A stretch of DNA of 64,000 nt. Origin: Hormiphora californensis (lineage: Eukaryota; Animalia; Ctenophora). This document shows, piece by piece, positions 49,680-61,541 of this stretch. Position 1 is the first letter of the stretch, and each line of letters opens with the position of its first letter. Made by a program: the position numbers and the translations under genes. The stretch lies in contig CM035353.1 of assembly GCA_020137815.1 (NCBI GenBank), forward strand, positions 3,720,001 to 3,784,000, written 5' to 3'. The notes below the pieces were generated by a model, which worked only from the letters and a program-made list of their open reading frames with translations, was not told where the DNA came from and did no database searches.

Positions 49680-51534
49680 TTATTTCTCATCCTCCACAAC
49701 ATCAAAAGCAATGTCACTGTAATCAATATCAGGTAATTCCTCCACATCGGTCTCATGACGGTTATCCTCGATTGTTATCTTACCGGGCGGGAATCCCTCC
49801 AGTTGAATTATGATGTATCTGCAGGTGGTATAATATAGTCAGCTTTACCGGGCAAAGCAACCCCCCCCCCCCCCCGAGCATCCTGGTAAATCGGGGTATG
49901 ACTGTATATAAACAAGAACTGTCCGAGAATTTAAAGCAATAAATTTACCAACCGCCTGTATGAGATTAGCATATATACAATAGTTAGATCAATAGTTATA
50001 TCTAACTCACCAATACAATAGTTAGATCAATAGTTATATCTAACTCACCTTGTTTTCCAGCCTTTCTTCGTGTTTTTGAGATCAACTAGCACCACTCCGT
50101 TCCGCTTGTTCCCCTCGACGTGGAAGTTTACCCGCAAATAATCAGTGCCTGCAACCTACAAGTAACAGTTGACAGTGACTCACTTAAATGATGTTATATG
50201 AAGGTTCTTCTTCTGGAGGAATAAAACCAGTGAAACTGCAGTCCGATAGGGTGCACGAGGAAAGGACAGTTGAAAAGTGTGGCAATTTTTTTGAATGAAT
50301 TATCATCTAATTTCGACTATTATATTGCTGACCCCGATATATATATCCCCGGTGGTGAAAAGACCCGGAGTTGATGATTGATGACTCTATCAGCTAAAAT
50401 GTCACATATAATTATCTAGAATAAACAGTTTTCCAATGGTTTCCAAAAGTACAAACCTCATAGCCTTGGTGTTGGAGCCTTTTTCGTGTCCTACTGTGGG
50501 GATCACCAAACCCTTTTATAGTATCACCCAAGATGGCAGTAGCCTGAAAACCAAAATTAGGGGTAAATAAAGCTATTAATAGTTAAGTAAAGTTATAAAG
50601 TAGTTTATTATAATAAATCTATTAGTTGAGCTTCCTATCAACTTCGTGTTGTGTACTCCTTTAATAAGAAAACACACCAAGCTGAAACCCCAACCCAACC
50701 CAAGCTGAATCTGTATATAATTACCCGAGCATCATTCTTTATTTTTTTCAGGGCCATCTTGAACACATTTGTAGGGGAGACGGATGAGACCATTTCAGAA
50801 ACAATGCTCCACATTAAACTGGCAAACCCAAGGGCACCCAGGAGGATTGCAATGGCATAGATAGAGGTTTTAGTATTTGCAACCTGTGGTTGGGAATAGA
50901 TAGAGGTTTTAGTATTTGCAACCTGCAGTTGGAAATAGAAATTAGCGAGACATAACTTTACCAGTGTCAAAAAATATTATATTATGCGAATCTAACTTAC
51001 AATGCTTTGAGGGAAAATAACGCCAAAATAATGCTCGGCCCGAATCACACAAATTTGACTGTACTAATGTTTTAAATATTAAACAAGAGTTTTTCAACTC
51101 CCTAATTACGTCGTGATAAGAGTTGTAACTTACAGTTTTCTCGAAGACAGTCACTGCTTTAGGTTCTTCCTTGTGGAGCCGCTCAAAAACAGAGACAGAA
51201 TGGTCCGTTGATGATTTATATGATGCAACATTCTGCTTTTTCTCACTGCTTCTGAAAATTAAAGTAGTCGGATTTTTTGAAGTTGTCACCTAGAAATGAC
51301 CGTGCATGTGACGTTTATCAATTTTGACGCACAAAAAATTGATAAATTTCACATGCTAACGTGTGGTGCAGGTCACACCACACGTTATCATTTGACTCAC
51401 GTGGCTCGAACTCTCAAAGATAGAAAAAAACAAACTTACTCGAGCGTCTTGCAAGTCGTATGAACGGATGCTGTTTGTCGAGGCAACACCGCTGCTATAC
51501 TTCTTGTCACTTTCAACGACGATCTGAACAACAT
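49680..51534 (-). CDS. TIMM21: Mitochondrial import inner membrane translocase subunit Tim21, about 6 exons
   Basis: Presequence MLFRSSLKVTRS; TM segment followed by SPTNVFKMAL; LGDTIKGFGD; LRVNFHVEG; YIIIQLEGFPPGKITIEDNR. Confidence 0.9.
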
Positions 51535-52275
51535 AGTCTAACAAAATAGTTTGTTATATTAGTGTTAGTTTCTTTTAGACGCAGTCCTCAAAATATCTTA
51601 ACTCGAGAAATGGCATACATTGCTACGGGTTCAGCTCAAAGCCTTGGTGAGGGTAAGGTGTACCAGACGCCGGACCAAACTTTGTTTGTCTAAGTTGGGT
51701 AGTCACTTTGTTGGTCACGTCTGGATGCCAGAATCCAGGTGTGACCAGGATGACCAGCGCCGGGCCGAGAAGGCACTGGGGGCAAACAAGGGGCATTGGG
51801 AGTTTCGTAGTTTCACAAAGGGCCCCAACATAGCCTTCGGTGACACTAAGGACGCGGAGAGGTCGCGAGAAAAAAAAAAGAAAAAAAAAGGTGTTCTCGC
51901 GAGTCATCCAGCGAGCTTAGGACACTATCTTGCAATTTTGTTCCTCGCATTTTCATATGTCTTGGCGATGGTCTGGTTTGACTTTGAGCTGAATCGAAGA
52001 TCCTAACGTCGAAATAGAGTTTTTTTCAAGTCTGGCGCCATCGGCTGTTATGTTCCATCCGGTAGATCCACCCCCCGAAAATTAAGCAGATGGTGTTCGA
52101 TCTTTGTCCCAATGCAAACTTTATTCAGTTCGTGACCAATGAGATCTCTCACGTTGTTGTGTCGGAAATATCCGAGTTTAAGCAGTTAAAGTCAGATTTT
52201 TTGAAACTGTCACCCCCCTGGGTGGCGCACGATGTTTCATGTTTTATTTGCGTGTCGAAAACTTGTTTTGGCTCT

Positions 52276-52506
52276 TAGTAGGAGCGCTTAGAGCATGCAC
52301 GTGCAAAAGTCGTGTGCCACACGAAATTTAGGCTACTGTCACTCCTTTGCTTTGCATAGAATCAAAAAATGACCCTCAAGTTTTTTTGTAGATCTCGACA
52401 ACTTGAAGGTCATTCTTTGATTGGAGTTGAAATGAAGGAGCTATAACAATGCGCAAAAGGGGTGGTGCGCGACTTTTGGCGGGAACTGATCTAAGCGCTC
52501 CTACTA
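52276..52506. mobile_element. MITE with TAGTAG ends and TSD TCT (duplicated at +2612)
   Basis: TIR TAGTAGGAGCGCTTAGA; empty site at ~26130. Confidence 0.85.
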
Positions 52507-52643
52507 TCTCACGCCTTTGTTTCTTGACTGATTTCGTCGATCAAAAGTTTTACGGACTCACAAAATTATGCTCTTTCCAGTGATATGCGGTTTTATGCCG
52601 TTAAGTGAGAGCAAGTGGGGGCTGTCACACGCAAATACGACGC

Positions 52644-52916
52644 CAGGGGCGAAGCAAGGCTGAGTCCAGTGGGTCCAGGACCCACTTTTTGGACGAGAGA
52701 GGAGAAGAAAATGAGAAAACTTGCTAAAAAGTGAAAATATCGGCAAAAACAACCAAAAAAAAGTGAAAAAATGAACCGATTTTCAATTGAAAAAGCGAAT
52801 GCGCGCAAGAAAAAATTATGCGGCAGCGCTAGGTCCGGACCCACCTCGCGTGTTACATTTTCTGCAGCGCTGGACCCAAATTTTTTTTCGTGAATGAACG
52901 CCGCGCACCGCCCCTG
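52644..52916. mobile_element. hAT-like MITE with 8-bp TSD TACGACGC (duplicated at +2612)
   Basis: CAGGGGCG...CGCCCCTG; empty site at ~26263. Confidence 0.85.
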
Positions 52917-55675
52917 TACGACGCCGTGCGACAAAAGGGGGGTGACAACTTCAAAAATCCGACTTTAGCAGCGCAGGATAAGGCAGCGCTTTTAAAAGTT
53001 GAAAAAGTTTTAAAAGTTTTACTTGGCAAACGTTGCTGGCCCGTTGCTGGCGCAGCGCGGGATGAGGCCCCTCGGAAATGTTCAAGTCATGCACAATCCA
53101 CGGCGTGCCTGGTGAAATTTTAACACGACCTAGCATGCAACGGGAAACCACCACTTGTACGTGGTAGCTGAGGGTCTACAGAATGGCGCTACGGTGCGGG
53201 ATAAAAAAATCCATTCCCTAAAATCGTTTTTTTTACTTTTATTTGATTTGGGTCAAAATTGGCTATATTAAACGTGGTCCCAAAAAATCCATAATGACTT
53301 AGCACACGAAATATGTCACCCCTACCTATTTTTGGACGTAAAATCGATTGCCGTTGAAGTCGAATCTCTAAAATGACTGTAAAATGGTCAAAAGTTGATT
53401 TTTTACCATTTTTTGGAGGTTTTTGGCCGCTAAACCATTGAAAACGTTGAGATAGGAATTTGAAACTAGTGTCAATCGTTAAAATGGTCATTTTTATACC
53501 AAGAACCAAGTTTTCGTGTATATCCGATTTATGGTTAGATTTGGGCAAATTGTTGAAATCTGCCAACTAGGAGAACCGTAACTTGATTTTCTTGTTTTTT
53601 GGATTTTGGCATTTGTGACAAACTTCTGATTGAAATGGTCAATCGGGACCATGCTTAAGTTGTTTATGGGACAATTTGCGACTAAAATCCAAGATTTCAT
53701 ACCAATCCAATAACAGATCGTTGATTTATAGAAAATTTGCGTAGGCAAAACGGTCAAAATAAGCAAGAAAAGTTGTTATTTTGACCGTTTTGCCTACGCA
53801 AATTTTCTATAAATCAACGATCTGTTATTGGATTGGTATGAAATCTTGGATTTTAGTCGCAAATTGTCCCATAAACAACTTAAGCATGGTCCCGATTGAC
53901 CATTTCAATCAGAAGTTTGTCACAAATGCCAAAATCCAAAAAACAAGAAAATCAAGTTACGGTTCTCCTAGTTGGCAGATTTCAACAATTTGCCCAAATC
54001 TAACCATAAATCGGATATACACGAAAACTTGGTTCTTGGTATAAAAATGACCATTTTAACGATTGACACTAGTTTCAAATTCCTATCTCAACGTTTTCAA
54101 TGGTTTAGCGGCCAAAAACCTCCAAAAAATGGTAAAAAATCAATTTTTGACCATTTTACAGTCATTTTAGAGATTCGACTTCAACGGCAATCGATTCTAC
54201 GTGCAAAAATAGGTAGGGGTGACATATTTCGTGTGCTAAGTCATTATGGATTTTTTGGGACCACGTTTAATATAGCCAGACGCCGGACCAAACTTTGTTT
54301 GTCTAAGTTGGGTAGTCACTTTGTTGGTCACGTCTGGATGCCAGAATCCAGGTGTGACCAGGATGACCAGCGCCGGGCCGAGAAGGCACTGGGGGCAAAC
54401 AAGGGGCATTGGGAGTTTCGTAGTTTCACAAAGGGCCCCAACATAGCCTTCGGTGACACTAAGGACGCGGAGAGGTCGCGAGAAAAAAAAAGAAAAAAAA
54501 AGGTGTTCTCGCGAGTCATCCAGCGAGCTTAGGACACTATCTTGCAATTTTGTTCCTCGCATTTTCATATGTCTTGGCGATGGTCTGGTTTGACTTTGAG
54601 CTGAATCGAAGATCCTAACGTCGAAATAGAGTTTTTTTCAAGTCTGGCGCCATCGGCTGTTATGTTCCATCCGGTAGATCCACCCCCCGAAAATTAAGCA
54701 GATGGTGTTCGATCTTTGTCCCAATGCAAACTTTATTCAGTTCGTGACCAATGAGATCTCTCACGTTGTTGTGTCGGAAATATCCGAGTTTAAGCAGTTA
54801 AAGTCAGATTTTTTGAAACTGTCACCCCCCTGGGTGGCGCACGATGTTTCATGTTTTATTTGCGTGTCGAAAACTTGTTTTGGCTCTTAGTAGGAGCGCT
54901 TAGAGCATGCACGTGCAAAAGTCGTGTGCCACACGAAATTTAGGCTACTGTCACTCCTTTGCTTTGCATAGAATCAAAAAATGACCCTCAAGTTTTTTTG
55001 TAGATCTCGACAACTTGAAGGTCATTCTTTGATTGGAGTTGAAATGAAGGAGCTATAACAATGCGCAAAAGGGGTGGTGCGCGACTTTTGGCGGGAACTG
55101 ATCTAAGCGCTCCTACTATCTCACGCCTTTGTTTCTTGACTGATTTCGTCGATCAAAAGTTTTACGGACTCACAAAATTATGCTCTTTCCAGTGATATGC
55201 GGTTTTATGCCGTTAAGTGAGAGCAAGTGGGGGCTGTCACACGCAAATACGACGCCAGGGGCGAAGCAAGGCTGAGTCCAGTGGGTCCAGGACCCACTTT
55301 TTGGACGAGAGAGGAGAAGAAAATGAGAAAACTTGCTAAAAAGTGAAAATATCGGCAAAAACAACCAAAAAAAAGTGAAAAAATGAACCGATTTTCAATT
55401 GAAAAAGCGAATGCGCGCAAGAAAAAATTATGCGGCAGCGCTAGGTCCGGACCCACCTCGCGTGTTACATTTTCTGCAGCGCTGGACCCAAATTTTTTTT
55501 CGTGAATGAACGCCGCGCACCGCCCCTGTACGACGCCGTGCGACAAAAGGGGGGTGACAACTTCAAAAATCCGACTTTAGCAGCGCAGGATAAGGCAGCG
55601 CTTTTAAAAGTTGAAAAAGTTTTAAAAGTTTTACTTGGCAAACGTTGCTGGCCCGTTGCTGGCGCAGCGCGGGAT

Positions 55676-57168
55676 GAGGCCCCTCGGAAATGTTCAAGTC
55701 ATGCACAATCCACGGCGTGCCTGGTGAAATTTTAACACGACCTAGCATGCAACGGGAAACCACCACTTGTACGTGGTAGCTGAGGGTCTACAGAATGGCG
55801 CTACGGTGCGGGATAAAAAAATCCATTCCCTAAAATCGTTTTTTTTACTTTTATTTGATTTGGGTCAAAATTGGCTATATTAAACGTGGTCCCAAAAAAT
55901 CCATAATGACTTAGCACACGAAATATGTCACCCCTACCTATTTTTGGACGTAAAATCGATTGCCGTTGAAGTCGAATCTCTAAAATGACTGTAAAATGGT
56001 CAAAAGTTGATTTTTTACCATTTTTTGGAGGTTTTTGGCCGCTAAACCATTGAAAACGTTGAGATAGGAATTTGAAACTAGTGTCAATCGTTAAAATGGT
56101 CATTTTTATACCAAGAACCAAGTTTTCGTGTATATCCGATTTATGGTTAGATTTGGGCAAATTGTTGAAATCTGCCAACTAGGAGAACCGTAACTTGATT
56201 TTCTTGTTTTTTGGATTTTGGCATTTGTGACAAACTTCTGATTGAAATGGTCAATCGGGACCATGCTTAAGTTGTTTATGGGACAATTTGCGACTAAAAT
56301 CCAAGATTTCATACCAATCCAATAACAGATCGTTGATTTATAGAAAATTTGCGTAGGCAAAACGGTCAAAATAAGCAAGAAAAGTTGTTATTTTGACCGT
56401 TTTGCCTACGCAAATTTTCTATAAATCAACGATCTGTTATTGGATTGGTATGAAATCTTGGATTTTAGTCGCAAATTGTCCCATAAACAACTTAAGCATG
56501 GTCCCGATTGACCATTTCAATCAGAAGTTTGTCACAAATGCCAAAATCCAAAAAACAAGAAAATCAAGTTACGGTTCTCCTAGTTGGCAGATTTCAACAA
56601 TTTGCCCAAATCTAACCATAAATCGGATATACACGAAAACTTGGTTCTTGGTATAAAAATGACCATTTTAACGATTGACACTAGTTTCAAATTCCTATCT
56701 CAACGTTTTCAATGGTTTAGCGGCCAAAAACCTCCAAAAAATGGTAAAAAATCAATTTTTGACCATTTTACAGTCATTTTAGAGATTCGACTTCAACGGC
56801 AATCGATTCTACGTGCAAAAATAGGTAGGGGTGACATATTTCGTGTGCTAAGTCATTATGGATTTTTTGGGACCACGTTTAATATAGCCAATTTTGACCC
56901 AAATCAAATAAAAGTAAAAAAAATGATTTTAGGGAATGGATTTTTTTATCCCGCACCGTAGCGCCATTCTGTAGACCCTCAGCTACCACGTACAAGTGGT
57001 GGTTTCCCGTTGCATGCTAGGTCGTGTTAAAATTTCACCAGGCACGCCGTGAATCAAGTCACGCCCACCAATCACAGCTCAGAACGCCCGAAGCACTCCG
57101 CGCGTTCTGAGCTGTGATTGGTGGGCGTGACTTGATTGTGCATGACTTGAACATTTCCGAGGGGCCTC
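55676..57168. mobile_element. Small hairpin MITE (GAGG..CCTC, AT TSD, ISL2EU-like) split by the Chapaev-like palindrome
   Basis: Left arm 55676-55710 resumes at 57056; mirrored to 57168. Confidence 0.7.
55711..57051. mobile_element. Second complete 1341-bp Chapaev-like palindrome (truncated duplicate at ~53099-54278)
   Basis: CACGG...CCGTG ends; TSD AATC. Confidence 0.85.
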
Positions 57169-57592
57169 ATAAGACAGCGCTTGTCAAAAGTTTACAGGAA
57201 ATTTTGAAAAATTTCATTGAAAAAAGTCGAGCGAAAAATTACGAAAAATTGCGCGCGCGCTCGCGATTGCGCGGCTTTTTGCATATATGCGCGGCGCTAA
57301 GTATAGCGCGTGCAAAATGCTGGAAAGCGCTGGAAAGCGACCTTTATAGGCTATTTAATTATGAGTGGTTGCCATGAGTGGTTTTGCTGTGGTATCCTCA
57401 TTCTGCGGGAATTGCCGGAGTTACCTTCAGTGACCCATCTGATCTCGTTTCTCTCGACTGTGGTCAGGGCATTGGCCTGACAGATGACAACGCGTTTTTC
57501 TCTACATGGATTTTAAAATCGGTCGTTTTGACTGTAAAAAGTCAAAACCATGCTGTGTGCAAATTTATTGTTTTTTAGTGAAAAGGTTGTAC

Positions 57593-58283
57593 CAGGGTGT
57601 CCTCCACGAACCGTACTAAACTTTTAGATCTCGACTAATTAGGCCTTTTGAGTGTGAAAATTGGAGAGCTCTATCGATTTCGTCCACGAACTACAGAATT
57701 AGTGTTTGTTTTTTGTGCTTTGAGTAGGGTTTTAGAGAGGGATTAGTTCCATACTAAAACCCCCTCCACGTGGTACAAGTCACGTGATTTCACGCCCCAT
57801 TTCACACTGAACCCATATAAGCCCCACTAACATAACACTAAAATTTAGACTAAACAGGCTGAGAATTTAGCCAACCCAAAGGCTGTCTAAATTGAAACTA
57901 AATTTTACTATTGTGGAAATGCGTTCCCAAAACGACCCCAAAATGACCCAAAAATGCCAAAATGGCCACGACTGTCTTTGACATACATGCTTACATGATG
58001 AACTTGAGATATTGAAATTTTTTAAAATTGAAAAAATCATTTTAAAGGAACGAGATAAGAGGGAGAGAGAGAATTCCTTATGTGCATATCCCAGAAATAT
58101 GAGAGGATATATGAAAGAGTATAATTAGACAGTTCTTCTCAAGATATGTACTAGGGGGCCAAAATGAAATATTATACCGGATAGAATTGCCTGTATTATG
58201 TTTAACTAGCAGAATCATAGCAAAAGTATCAAAAGTAAGGAAAATAGGAGAGAGGGCAGCGGGGAGAGGAGAGAAGAGAGAAG

Positions 58284-58322
<39 letters not shown>

Positions 58323-58337
58323 GAGAGAGATGAGAGC

Positions 58338-58435
<98 letters not shown>

Positions 58436-59218
58436 GAGAGAAGAACGAGCGCGAGCGACGAGAGCGAGAGAGAGCGAAGCGAGACGCGAGCGCGATCGAG
58501 AGCAGGAGAGAGCGAGCAGCGCGACGCTCGCGCTCGCGCGCGCGCTCGCGCTCCTCTCCTGCGCATCCCCGCTCATCTCCTCTCGCCCAAGCGCAGTCAC
58601 CGTGCATGCGCCCCGCGTCATCCCCGCTTGCTCCAACGCATTCCCATCTCTCAGTCCCCCTCTGCAGTCCCCCTCGTCATTCCCACTATATCCCAATCTT
58701 TCACTCCCCGGGGATCCCACCGGCTCATTATCCCCCCTCTCATTCCCCCTCTAATTCCCCCCTCTAATTTCCCCTCTTTCCCAAACTCATTGTCATATCT
58801 CATTCTGCCATCTCTTTCCCTCCGATCTCCCAATCTCTCATTCCCGGTTCCCCCTTTCATTTATGCCCATTGCCCCTCTCGTTATCCCCCTCTCAGGTGT
58901 GGCAACTGGCTATTAATTATCGCACATTGAGAATCAAGTGTGCTGATTGGCCAGTGGATCTCTATCTCAATTCACACATTACGTTCCACGTTATTGTATG
59001 TCACGCTGATATCTTCACGTGATGGAAAAGAGAGAGTGCCCATTGGGTGTCGCATTCTATCACATGTATAACACCTCAGTATCACATGGGTCGGACCAAG
59101 CCTCGAAACATGTTGTTCGTGGACGGTTATCTAAAGTTTAGCGAGATATTAGTCGCTCACTAACTTGACTTCTAAATTTCAACACTAAACTGAATTTAGT
59201 TTCGTGGAGGACACCCTG
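57593..59218. mobile_element. Non-autonomous TIR element
   Basis: TIR CAGGGTGTCCTCCACGAA; AC on both flanks; internal GA tract. Confidence 0.7.
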
Positions 59219-59845
59219 ACCTATTTTGCAAGTAGAATCGATTGCCGGTGACCGTGAAGAAAAATCTTTAAAACGACTAGAACATGGTATTGGTAAAATT
59301 TCGATTTTTTGACGATTTTTGAGGGGTTTTCGCCCCCTACCCCGTCATGACATTTTAGAGTGTAAAATTAGGCAAATTATTGAAAGTGGCTAGGCAGGCA
59401 GGTGAGAGAAAGTGAACTTGAATTAAAGTTCACTTTCTCTCACCTAGCCACTTTCAATAATTTGCCTAGAGAGATAGAGAGGGAGAGAGGGGGATAGGGA
59501 AGAGAGGGGGTGGGAGAGTGGGAGAGAGGGACATAGAGGCGGGGAGGGGGGTTGTTGTACGGGGGGTTGTTGAACGGGCTTTAACCGCATCTCAACTCGA
59601 GTCACTAGTGTGACAGTAGTTTCATGCTTGGAAGACGTTCCACCACTTCACATTCGTGAGAATATTTAGATGGTATAAGGAAACTAACTTTGGGCAAGTA
59701 GTTAATACCGAAGACCAATAACAAGTCCAACGATAGACAAAACATTTGAAACGTCAGTAGACATAACAAAATTGAACTAGCACCACTTAAATACCACGAA
59801 AATTACGAAAACATAATACTCTCATTACTCAATCAATCTACTACC

Positions 59846-61491
59846 TTGTACTCAGAACCTTCGTTTACTTCCTTGATCGACATGACATTAAAGGAGGAGA
59901 AGATGGCCACACAGGAAGTGGAGATAGCGGACTTGACAAGAGAAGACGCGGATCAGGGTACACCAGCTCTCAATCGCAATCCTCCTACAGAAGAGACGCA
60001 GGTGGCAGGAAAAGACGACCTCATGCAGAGGAGAGAAATCTCCGGGCGTTTAGGAATAGACTCATGGCACCGTGGTGACGATCGGAACTACAGGCCCTAC
60101 CACCATAGTGCTAACCAACGAGGAGCCAGAGAGAGCTCCCCCGTCCTGGACGAAATGCCATGGGACAGATTTGCAGAGCTTTTCTGGGATAAGGCAATTA
60201 ACCAAACAGCGATTGGAAGAAATACACGAGGAAGAACAGGAGTCCATATCTCAATCTGCTGGTCACCGCCGCGCTATCTGATAAAGCACGAAGTACGGTC
60301 ATAAGGACTCTGAAACCATATAGTATTATACTATAATATTATATATAAAGCAGGAAATATTGTTGTGATTATAACCGACTTCCTCGATTTTACATTACTC
60401 CCAGGTCAGTCAATCCATAGTCATGTATTAGTAAATAGTATAGAGTAGCCCATTTGCATTATACCTTTATTTGGCAATTTTGCATTTGCGGGCATCGCAC
60501 TTTAGACGCAGTACCCACGTACTATAGACGCATTATAAACGCATTATAAACGCATTATAGACGCATTATAGACACACGCAATATAGACGCAATTTCGTAA
60601 GCAGCACTATAGACGCAATATAGACGCATTATAACAGCAATATAAACGCATTTTTATAGACGCGACGCAGTATAGCCGCATTATAGGCGCACTACCCACC
60701 CCAAAATCACCTTATAGACGCACTATAGACGCATTATAGACTGACTATAGCAGCACCATAAACGCTACATAGACCCATATAGACGCATGATAGAAGCATT
60801 ATAGACGCAAATCACTTTTTATAGACGCCGCGTCTATAAAAAACGTGCTTTTTTAAGAAGCACTATAGACGTACTCCAGGCTACAATGCGATATTTGAGG
60901 CGCAGTTGGGCGTTTTATAAACGCATCTTTGTTGCATAGAAAAGGAAGCAGTATAGACGCATTATAGACGCAGTATAGCCGCATGTGTGCGAAATCGATA
61001 AAGACGTAATATAGACGCAAAATAAGAAGGAGAGGGAGAGCGAGGGAGGAGAGCGAAGGAGATGGAAAGGGGGAGGGAGGGATACAGGGACAGAGACAGA
61101 TGGATAAACTTAAAGACCTGAGACAGACGGACAGAGTTTAAGATGGAGATAGAGAGTAAGATGGAGAGAGAGTGAGATAGGGACGGAGTGAGACAGAAAA
61201 AGACAGAGATGGACGGACTATCTCCCTCTCTCTCCATCTTAATCTCTCTCCATCTTAATCTCTGATCTCCATCTTAATCTCTCCGTCTGTCTCAGATCTT
61301 TGTGCATCTGCATCTCTGTATCCCTCCCTCTCTCCCTCTTTCCGGCCTCTCCTTCCCTCTCCCTCCCTCCCTCCCTCCATCTCTCCATCTGTCTCTATCT
61401 GATCTGGTTCTGTATCCCTCCCTCTCTCCCTCTCTCCCTCTTTCCCTCTCCTTCCCTCTCCCTCCCTCCCTCCCTCCCTCCCTCCCTCCCT

Positions 61492-61541
<50 letters not shown>

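Larger units (their letters stand above)
51663..56890. repeat. Near-identical 2.6-kb tandem duplication (51663-54275 and 54276-56887)
   Basis: ORF track repeats with offset 2612; CCA microhomology at the junction. Confidence 0.95.
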
